A DNA stretch of 64,000 nt from Geosiphon pyriformis uo1. Taxonomy: Eukaryota; Fungi; Glomeromycota. A program made the translations under genes and the position numbers. The stretch lies in assembly GCA_016748015.1 (NCBI GenBank), contig JAAOMT010000072.1:190299-254298 (forward strand), given 5' to 3'. The notes beneath the pieces were generated by a model that saw nothing but the letters and a program-made list of their open reading frames with translations, had not been told where the DNA came from and did not search any database. How positions within the stretch are numbered: position 1 is the stretch's first letter; each line of letters begins with the position of its first letter. Below are positions 1 to 9,765 of the stretch, one piece after another.

Positions 1-1977
1 ATTGTCTCCTTTGTAAATTCTGTCAGGATATTGAGTTGTTTGTTCTTTCACAGGTCTCATGATCTTCAGGTTCTCAGTTGGCGTTCCCATCATCCTTTGC
101 AATTTCTGGTTCATATTAAAGTCTGTTCTACAAACAATTTTTTGGCTGGGGTGGTCTGCATCTTTTCTGGGTGTGACTTGTCTCTTGGTGATTATTTTCT
201 TAGTGCTTTTTGTTTTTGTGGTGGTACTCCTATGTCTCTTGTTCTTGAGCATTGCTTTTTTAAAAATGTTTCCTCACTCTGCCACTATGGTATTGCTTTC
301 ATGGAGCAACTACATGACTGGACCAGTACTGTTTTTAGTTGGAATGCCTTCAAGCATTAGAAAAGACTGGATCTCTATGGCCCAGTTCCTCTCTGATTTG
401 ATTTCTCTGTACAATTTCTCAGTGGTGTTGTTTCTTTTTCTTCAGTTTGCCTTCCCTCTGCGGATGGTTATGCTCTTTCTAATGTTCTTCAATCACATAA
501 TTTTGGTGTTGTTTGTAATGCTCTGCTGAACACTAATGCTGCTGTTAGTTTTTCTGTGTATGTGGATGGGTCTCTGAGTAATTTGGGTACTGTTGGTATG
601 AAAGCTGGTGCTGCTGCTTTTTTCGAAGACATTCATTTGGGTTTGGGTGTAAGAGTGTCTGGCTTGGTTTTTTCGATGATGGTGGAATTACAGGTCATAG
701 CTTTGGCACTTAAGTGTATTCCTTCTTTTTGTTCAGTTGACTTATTTTCGGACAGCCAAGCGGCTTTGGACACATGTGAGTCTGAGTTTTTACTGATTTG
801 TTCTGATTTCAGGAATTGGTGCTGGATCAAGTATCATCACATAGCCAATGTTATTCAGAAAAAAAATTTGAATATGAATTGGGTCAAAGTTAAGGGTCAT
901 TCAGGTGTCTCAGGCAATGAGCGAGCCAATACACTTGCTAAGGCAGCAGCTTCTTCTTCTTGGTGGCTACCTCACAGGATCGGTGAGTGCTTTTTGAAAG
1001 GTGGTGGTTCTGTGGTTTCTGGTAATTTGAGACACTTTGTTCATGATGTTTTTCAGTCTATTCACCATGCACATTTGGAGATTGGCTCTGGTTCCTGGGT
1101 GGTAATTGGTAGTTTACATGATGATATTGATTGGTTCAGGTCTTTTTTGGTATGGCACCAAGACTCCCACATGGCTGCTGGTTCCACTAGTGCATGTACG
1201 GCTGGTCTTCGAATTTACTTTATGAAGGCTCTGCACTATTGACTCCTCATGGCTATGCATAAACATTTGTATAATAAACATTATCCCAGTATGGTGTGTT
1301 TATTCTGCAGCAATATTGAGGTTTCTGACCATGTCTTTTCCTGCTCCTTTGATGCTGCTGGTTGTGCTTGTTTGATGGATACTTTTATGGCTACTTGGGA
1401 GGCCTGTTCTGGTCTATCTCATTCCTTCTCATGCATTTTACAGTTTTTGTCTACTTGTGCTTCTAATGTTGTGACTGGTGCAGCTCTATACAAGGGCTTT
1501 GTTTTCAAAGATTGGTATCATGAATTTGTTTCCACTTTTAAAGACCCAAAAGTGGCAGCTACGAATGTAGTGAACTTTGTGAGCAATTTTTGTATTGTAT
1601 TCCGGAATGACATTTGGCTGGTCCATGCAAAACACCATGCTGTTATGGAAAAGAACGGGCTAATCTCTCGTGATAGCTCTATTCCTGTCTCTGTTTTTGG
1701 TCTTTCCAAAAGGCTTTCGTCGGGTGTTGTTAAGTTGTTGGGTGTTAATAAAACATTTGGTGTCAGCTTCAGGTTTCGTAAGTCTTGTTTGTTTTTCTCT
1801 GGTATTTGTGACAAGGTTTCAGTTCATATAGGTGTCTAGTGTGGTCTTGACTGGTCTGAATAGCTGGTCACGTGTAGTAAGAGCATGATTTGCATCTAGT
1901 TTAGATTATTTGAATAATGTATAGCACTAGATAGCATTTAGACTTCACTTGTTAAGCATTAATAAAAAAAAAAAAAA
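1..1977 (+). mobile_element. Non-LTR retrotransposon (LINE), 3' part: decayed ORF2 (RNase H and C-terminal Cys/His region), 3' tail and poly(A)
   Basis: RNase H motifs YVDGS, ELQVIALAL, LFSDSQAAL and WVKVKGHSGVSGNERAN in ORF 556-1242. CLFCSNIEVSDHVFSC in 1249-1839. Stop at 1837-1839, conserved tail, A14 run at 1964-1977. Confidence 0.9.
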
Positions 1978-2307
1978 CTTAATTAAGTTAATTTTGATTT
2001 TTAAGTTGTGTTTCTTGTATTTTTATAAAATTTGATTTTTTTTATAAAATTTACATTAAAACTGGTTTTTGTTTAAAAATAAATAATAATAATTTTTTTT
2101 TGCTTTAATAATCTATTTATTATCTTTTTTGTTCTTTTAAAAATGAAAAAATTCCTATATTTATATATATATATTGCTTAAAAAAAATATTGTTATTGTT
2201 AAAAAAATTACCAAATTTGTGTTTTTTTTTGGTAATACCAAATTATTATTAAAAACTTTGAGACTTTTAAAAGTAATAAAAACAAAACTCTTTGTCTTCT
2301 TAATTTT

Positions 2308-4465
2308 ATGACCATGACCAGAGCAAAGAGTAAAAAAGCTGCACCTGATATCTGTCCTAAGATATCTAATAAAATTTCAACCAGAGGAGCTCTCTTTGTT
2401 GTAAAAGCAATTAGGCAGAACGTTTTAGAAGCCTTTTCCTTATCCAGTAATCGTGATAAGCTGCCTTTGATAGCCATTGAAGCAATTTCTTTATCTTTGG
2501 CTGGTTTCTCACCAGTTAAAGTTCTCTCAAAGAGACACACTTGGGTGAGTCCCAGTGTTGCCTCCACCCCGACTAAAAGCTCAAAAGTTTTTAATAATAG
2601 ACCAGTAAATAAGCTGGTCTTCCCCTCTATAGATTCAACATCTGGTGCTTTTAGCACCATTTTTTTAAGAAAAATGGTCAAAAAGACCAAAAGTTCAGAA
2701 AAGTGGAGGCAGTTGTTTACCTTTATTATTGTTACACCGAACTCTTTTGTGGTTCCCAATGAGATCTTAGATGAGATCTCCATAATATTATCCAGTACAT
2801 CATCCAAGATGGGCCAAGATTAACCACTGGCTGTATTGCCAAATGTGGTGTCTTCCAGTAGATCATTACTGGTTTTAGAATCAAAGCTATCTCCTCCTGT
2901 TGGGTCATCTGTTCTTGAGAACTGGGCTAATCAAATGGAAACTGAATCATCTCCTTCTCTAGTTTCTGGTGTTATTTCTGGTGGTGGTTAGAAAACTATT
3001 ACTAGTCATCAAAAGTTTGCTGGATGGGTGGCCTCCACTCTAGTGCCTGGTGCTACTTTTAAGATCAAATTGGCTCATGTTAAGACTGTTTTTCAGTCAG
3101 TACATGGTTTCTTGGATGCAAAGTCAGTATCAAAAGACAATGTAAAGCTGTTTTGTGTAGAGTTTGCTTCTCAAGTTTCTTTGGAAGCTGCATTTTTGGT
3201 TGAGCTTATAAGCTTTATACATTTGGCTACTCTTAAAATTGCCAAGTTTTTGGTGGTTTCTGAGTCTGGTTCCCTTTTTGCTGCTGTTGCACTGTGTGAT
3301 GTGCCTTTGGGTGTATCTGCTGCTAACATTAAGACAGCTCTCAATGTTTTTGGTGTGGTTAGTTGTGTTGTGCTAAAGTCTGCTGGCATTTGGCAATATG
3401 TGGTAGTTTATTTTGAGAATTTGGTTGTTGTTACATCTGCCCTTAATCACTGGTCAGTTTTGGTGGGCAAAAGATAGTGTTCGGATTTTTTCTCTTGTAA
3501 ATCAACAAGAAGCAATTATGTCTCATGATAGGTTTAAGGCCAAATTGGTCAATCTTCCTCCTGGCTGCACTGCCTTTGAAATCAGTGATATGATTTCTTA
3601 AGTTGGTGGTCAGACTTGTTTTATTTCTCAGTTTCCTAATTCTGGTCATTGTTTCTGCTTTGCTTTGGTCACATTTGGCTCTTAAGCTGAATTGGATTTT
3701 GCTGTTGTTAAAACTGGTACACTGAGAAAGTGCCGTATCTGGTGGGAAACTCCTGGTTGTAAGTGTTGTTTTAGGTGCCAAGAGACTGGCCATCTGGCTG
3801 TTGACTGTAAGATGTCTTTGTCTTCTCCTCTTAAAACTTCCAAAGTGTTCAATCCCCATTTTGTGAGTAATATTTCTTATGCTAAAGCTTCTGCCACTTT
3901 AAGTGGCTTTGGATTCTCTCCTTTGGTGGCTTCTGATCTGCTGGCTCCTCCACTTGCTGCATCCCCTGCTGTTTCCATTGTTGACTCTACTATTGAGCTT
4001 AGGTTAAATTTTATAAAAAAACAGATTCTGGATCTGACTGCTTTGGTTAAGTCTGTCATTAAACCAATTGGTTCTTTGGTTACTTTGGTTACTACTCTTC
4101 TGAATGACAATGTTGTCAAGACTCTAAAGGTTGAAAAAGATCTTTTGACTATGTGTAATGTCTCCAAGGGCTTTGCCAAACTTTTGGTTGGTGTGTTTAA
4201 AGATTTTGCCAGTCTTAAGGCTAAGGTGGAGTTTAGTAATCTTGTTAAAAATAATATTGGTGCTGTCAAGACTTCTCCATTGAATAAAGACACAGTTGAC
4301 CATGCAGTTGCTTTGTGGCAAATGTGTGGTTCTGAAGTTAAAGGTAGCAGTGAAAAAACTAAATTGTTTTTTAGTGAATTTATTTTTGATTTTAGAAATT
4401 TGAATGGTATTATTAAGAGACTTGGTAAGCTGGATTTCATTCCGGCTTCTTTTGTTTTAGCTTAG
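2308..4465 (+). pseudogene. LINE ORF1 (RRM-like regions plus CCHC zinc knuckle) of an ORF1-only non-autonomous element, interrupted by stops and a frameshift
   Basis: ORFs 2308-2823, 3028-3477, 3413-3601 and 3692-4465 are collinear. CFRCQETGHLAVDC knuckle. WSVLVGKDSVRI resembles the ORF1 remnant of the LINE near 42560-42600. Confidence 0.8.
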
Positions 4466-4547
4466 TTAGTGCTTTGACTGACTCAGGTGGTTGGTCACAT
4501 GTAGAAAGAGCATAAAACACATCTGATTTGTAATCCCATAGTGGCAT
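4466..4547 (+). mobile_element. First part of the LINE-type 3' tail of the ORF1-only element, split by Gypsy-A
   Basis: ttgactgactcaggtggttggtcacatgtagaaagagcat aligns with 1847-1886 (ttgactggtctgaatagctggtcacgtgtagtaagagcat). Confidence 0.8.
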
Positions 4548-5405
4548 TGTTACAGGTGACAATTTCTGGTGTTGGATTAAATAATAAACCCGTAACTTGG
4601 TGCTCAAAGCTATTCTCATTGTCAATGATCTGAAGGTTTGGTATCTGAAGGTTTTGTATCTGAAGAGTTTGGTTAAGTTCTTTGTATAATAGACAGAGAT
4701 TCAATGGTGATAGTTTTATCTGTAGCTTCTTGAAACCACAGTTTTGTCAATTTCTTTTTCAGCTTGGTGGCTGGTATTCCTCCTGGTAAGCTATCCTCAA
4801 TCAAGTGTTTTACCCTTATTTTTGGGTCTTTTACCAGTCATGTTTATCCTGATGTCAGTGCCTCGTGTGTTAATCCTCAATAGAGTTAGTAAACAACAAT
4901 AAAATCAAAGCAAGAAAATAAAGAAAAAAAAAAAAAATAAAGAAAGAAAAGAAATAAGCCAAGGCAATTTGCAAGTTAGTATTCTGTCAATAGCCATGAT
5001 CAAGAACTATTGTTCTAGTGTGGTTAAGTATCAATTACTATCAACATGAAGTGTTGATAGTGGAAATAGATTTGAGATAACAAATAGTTATTTATTAGAT
5101 AATTGTAATTTAAAGAGTTGCTTAGATTAAATCTAAACTGAGAGGTCTTTCTTTTCAGTTTCTAATTCTACTGCTATATATACATAATTGAGATTCCTCA
5201 ATTCTTCAATTCTTCACAACAGGAATCCTGGAATTTCTGGAATCCTGCAATTCCTTTGAGAGAAATTCTGAAATTCTGAAATTCTGTGATTTTTTGTAAG
5301 AATCCTGTAATTCCTAAAATCCTGGAATTCCACATTTTACTACGTCTATTTCTGATTGGCTAATAACTATGCTAATATATATTCCTTGTATTTCTATGAA
5401 TAACA
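4548..5405 (-). repeat. Gypsy-A 3' LTR
   Basis: Direct repeat of 13768-14644. Contains a CCAAT box (+ strand ctgattggct near 5352), a TATA box near 5175 and a GGAATYCCT minisatellite. Confidence 0.95.
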
Positions 5406-5420
5406 TTATTTTCTCTTTTT
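5406..5420 (-). other. Polypurine tract of Gypsy-A
   Basis: Minus strand aaaaagagaaaataa directly abuts the LTR start. Confidence 0.8.
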
Positions 5421-6078
5421 AATATTGAGCTCTGTCGAAATCCAACTCTGTTAATTTTCCTTCTTGAAGTATTTCTTAAATTTCATTTTTGAGAATTACT
5501 TGTGTTATTTGAGTCTGTAATTCTTCAAATTGAGCATTGGTGATCTTTCCTAATTGATTACTAGTAACTATATCCATTGTTTTATTGAGTAAGACTTCTG
5601 GTCGATTTTGAAATGCTGTGTGTATTCAGTATATGGCTCGGGCCTGTGTGGATAAGTTGTTCTTTTTCACAAAATGTTCTAATTGTTATAGTATTTTTGT
5701 GTCAAATAATTGCTTTGTTTTATCCATATATAGATTCTGAATATTCACATGTTGTCCTAAGTAAAAATAACAATAGTTTCTTGGAAATTGTTGTATCCAC
5801 CAATTCCAAGTTTCTTTAGTCAACTCTTGGTATAGTGACTCTTTTATCAACTCTTTTATTGCTAATTTTACTTTTGCAATAATTTTGTTCATAGTATTTT
5901 CAGTTTTCTTTTGTGTTCTATATGGCGATGTCTTTCTAGTGTCTTGATATCAGATAGTTTGTTGATTAATTGTAATTTCTATTTCTTGGTGTTGAATCAA
6001 TTGAAAGAGTTGTTGTGCTAGTGAGTGGATGTTATCTGTAATTTCTATTTTTCTGATATTTTTTGTTGCATCTACCAT
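5419..6078 (-). pseudogene. Gypsy-A ORF3 (unknown protein, about 219 aa, env position)
   Basis: ATG at 6078 to TAA at 5419 is 220 codons in one frame with a few internal TGA/TAA codons consistent with C>T changes. Homologous ORFs are present in Gypsy-B, -C and -D. Confidence 0.75.
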
Positions 6079-6102
6079 GTCCTTATATATTCTTTTTATG
6101 GA

Positions 6103-7485
6103 TTAATTTAATGTGTTGTTGTTGATAATAATGATTGGTTTCAGATCTCGTGGAATCTCCTCTGGTTGGACTAGTATTCTTTGTACTCCTAATTGTGGAA
6201 TATTACTGGTGAATGGTGGTGTGATGTTGTGGTATGGTTTCAGTTGATCTTCATGTGCTGCTTTGGTTAAAATTTTGTTATCCAGTCTTAATTTGTAAGC
6301 TCCATTCCCTAGAATTTCTTCTATGTGAAATAGTCCATCCCATTTGGGGTCAAATTTTCTACTCCATTGTTTTTTTGCTTTGATACAATATAAGAGTACT
6401 TTGTTTCCAATCTTGAATTCAACTGGTTTGTTTGATAGTTAATTATCATGTCTTTCTTTCTGTTTCTTTTGTGACTTTTGTATGTTATTAGCTGCTCTTT
6501 TTCATTTGTTTTCCAATGTTTCTATTAAGTCATATGTTCTTCTTAACAATGTTTCTTGGAAATTTTCTTCTGTTATTGGTTCAGTTGGATATGTGGTAAC
6601 CTCTATCTCAACTGGTAATGTTGCTGTTCTATCATATATCAATTCAAATGGTGTTGCTTGTGTGGTGTCTTGGTTCATTGTCCAATAAGCAAATAATACT
6701 GATGGTATGAACAAATCCCATTCATCCTGGTTTTTTTGACTGAGTTTTGCTATTGCTTCACATAATGTTCTATTAAATTTTTCAACTAATCCATTGGTTT
6801 GTAAATGGTATAGTGATGATAGTGGTCTCTTAATTCCGAATCTTTGGCTTAGTTCTGCTAATGTTCTATTTACAAAATAGGTTCCTTGGTTTGATAATAG
6901 TTCTTTCGAACATTTATGTTGACAAATCAAATCTTGATGGACAAATTTGGCAACAAATTTTGCATCCGCTCTTTGAATTGCTTTTGCTTCTGGCCATTTT
7001 GTAAGGTAGTCCATGGCTACTGCAATATATCTGTTGTCTCTGCTGGTAATTGTCAATGGTCCAACTAAATTGATTCCAATGTGGTCAAATGGTTGTCTTA
7101 CTTTGATTGGTTTCAATAGTTTGCTGGATTTTGTTCCTCTTTTTCTTTGACAAGCATCACAATTTTGCACATATTAAATGATATTTGGATACATTGATGG
7201 CCAATAATATCTCTTTCTGGTTCTTTTTATGGTTGCTTCTTTATGAAAATGTCCTGCAGTTGGATCTGAGTATATGTTGAACAGTATTGTCTCTTTTTCT
7301 GGTTCTGTAATTACTCTGGTTGGTTGATCTGAATCTTTTCTATTTTTCCAGTAAAGTATATTTTGGTAAGTAATAAAATATTTGGATTGTTGTTTCATCC
7401 TCTTTTGTTCTAGTTGAGATAATTTCTCTTTGAACTGTTAAGTATCTATATAATATTGAAGTTGTTGATATTTTTGTGTATTCAT
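6103..7485 (-). pseudogene. Gypsy-A integrase encoded as a separate ORF (HHCC, rve core, GPY/F-type C-terminus, no chromodomain)
   Basis: MNTQKYQQLQYY start; GHFH..RYYWP..CDACQR; GINLVGPL..DYLTKWPEA..TNGLVEKFNRTL. ORFs 7174-7398 and 6502-7170 are in the same frame as ATG 7485. Confidence 0.85.
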
Positions 7486-7546
7486 CTTTTGTTATATTTT
7501 CGTGAATATTGTTTTGGTTTTGTTATATTTTTGGGTTGAAATGTTC

Positions 7547-8830
7547 TTAGATTTGTCTCATTCACGACAAACTGTCAGCATTTCCATTGTCTTTTTTCTT
7601 TTTATAATGTATAGTATAAGTATATGGCAAAAGTGCCATTTTTCATCTTGACTGTTTTCTGTCTCTAAATTCTTGTTTTTGAAGTGATGTCAATCTTTTG
7701 TGATCTGTATACACCTTAAACTTTTGGCTCAAGTATTTTTTCCATTTCATAACTGCCTAGTAGATTGCTAAATGTTCTAATTCTGATGTTCCATAGTTCT
7801 TTTTGCCTGGAATCAAATCTCAGTTGGCATATGTGACTGGATGTTCTCTTCCATTCAATCCTCTCTGAGATAGTACTGCTCCCAATGCTTGACCTGATGC
7901 ATCAGTGGTAATAATAAATGATTTACTATGATCTGGATAGATCAATACTGGAGCTTGAATAAGCTTTCTTTTTAAGATGTCAAATGCTTCTTGCTGAGTT
8001 TCAGTCCATTCATACTTTGCATTTTTGGTTTGAAAATCATTGAGTGGTTGTGCTATCTTTGAAAAGTTCTTTATAAAGTGTCTATAATAGCTTGCGAATC
8101 CCAAGAATGATTTCAGTTCAGTTACATTGGTTGGTATTGGAAAGTTCTTTATTATCTCTATTTTCTCCAGATCTGTTTTTATGCCGTCTTTGCTAACTAT
8201 ATGTCCTAAAAATTTTAGTTCTGTTTTGCCGAAAAAACACTTTGTTGTATTCAATTTTAATTCTGCTTGTTATAGTCTTTTGAACACTTATTGGAAATAA
8301 TGTAGATGATCATCAAATGTTTTTGAGAACAGATTGGTGTTATTCAAGTATACAACTACTGATTTCCACAATAAGCCAGTGTACACAATTTTCATTAGCT
8401 GTTGGAATGTAGCTAAAGCATTAGTTAAGCCAAATGACATAACTTCAAACTCAAAGTTTCCCTCTCTTGTGGTGAATGCTGTTTTTTCTTTGTTGGCTGG
8501 ATCCATGGCTACTTGCCAGTAACCACTATCCAAGTCTAACGTTGAGAACCATTTGTTTCCACCAAAAGCATTGAATAGTTCTTGTATTCGTGGAGTTGGA
8601 TAGCTGTTTCCATGAGTTACATCATTGAGTTTCCTGTAGTTTACACAAAATTGGATTTTTCTATTCTTCTTATGGACAAGTACTATTGGTAATGACCATG
8701 GGCTCATTGATGGCTGAATTAACCTGTTGTCAAGCATTTGGTTGATCTTTTGATAGATAATTTCATGGCTGGCTGGTAGTACTCTGTATGCTCACTGTTT
8801 GCTAGATAATATCAGTTCTGCCAAATTTGT
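7547..8830 (-). pseudogene. Gypsy-A reverse transcriptase and RNase H
   Basis: SPWSLPIVLV, FCVNYRKLN, LDLDSGYWQV, FGLTNA, YLNN (YLDD with two G>A changes), TTDASGQALGAVLSQ, NADSLS. Stop at 7547-7549. Confidence 0.92.
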
Positions 8831-9344
8831 TTTCACTGGCAAAAATGTCATTGAAGTTATTGAGTAACATTTTTAGTTGCATTTGTTGAAGTGGGTCTAG
8901 ATTTTTTATGTTTATCTGTTCTAATTGTTCTGGCTGTAACAGATAACATTTGTTTTGTCCATAGATGGTTTGTGATGTAATGTCCACATATCCACAAAGC
9001 TGTGAAAAATCTGGAATGCTGCTTGGTGCTTGATCTTCAATTTCCATGGTTAAATATTTAAGAGTGGTTCCTTCCAGTATCTCTACAATATTTCTGGTGT
9101 TGTTGTAGATAAGAATTTTGATATGGTTATGGCTCTTGGCTGGTATGTGTAGATTGATAAGTCCAATTTCTTCTGATTTACAAAGAGTTGTTTCTATTTT
9201 AAAAATCTGTTCTTGCTCCTTCTCTCTTCTTTTTATTGCTAACATGTATTGACTATATAGTGGAATGGAAATTGTTTGACTGGGTGAGATAATTTCTCCT
9301 TGGCCAATAATTTTTTTCTCCACCATATTGACTAGTACTTCTAT

Positions 9345-9765
9345 TCTACCCGTTGATCCAAATCTCTGTATCTCTCTTGCTGTTATCCCTAATTCTTCCC
9401 TATTTTCTACTAACACTAATTGGACTACTTTAACCAGAGACAGGAATATTGCCTGTGCTATCTTTTCATTTGGCTCTATAATATAAGTCTTTTCTAAGTT
9501 ATTTTGTAGCATAGCAATAATATTTCCTATATATCCTGTGTCAATTATTCCTCCTCTGATGTTTATTTCTCTTTTCACTAAACTACTCTTCAAAGCTAGT
9601 TGAACCATTGTTGCTGGAATTTCCAAGGCTATTTTGAGATCTATGCAGGTGTGCGAATGTGGTTCCAATTTAATGGCCTCTTTTCCGGAATATCTTAGAT
9701 CAAATTCGGCATCCGTATCATGTGTGCGTTCTGGCATAATACCTTCGTTGTTATCGCTAAACCAT
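9345..9765 (-). pseudogene. dUTPase domain within Gypsy-A pol, between protease and RT
   Basis: Trimeric dUTPase motifs in ORF 8802-10061: DAEFDL, KSSL, GGIIDTGYIGNI, EKIAQAIF, RFGSTG. Confidence 0.9.

Noticed and set aside
5419-6078. ORF3 as an envelope glycoprotein
   Set aside because: No signal peptide, transmembrane segment or furin/fusion-peptide pattern, and it is too short.
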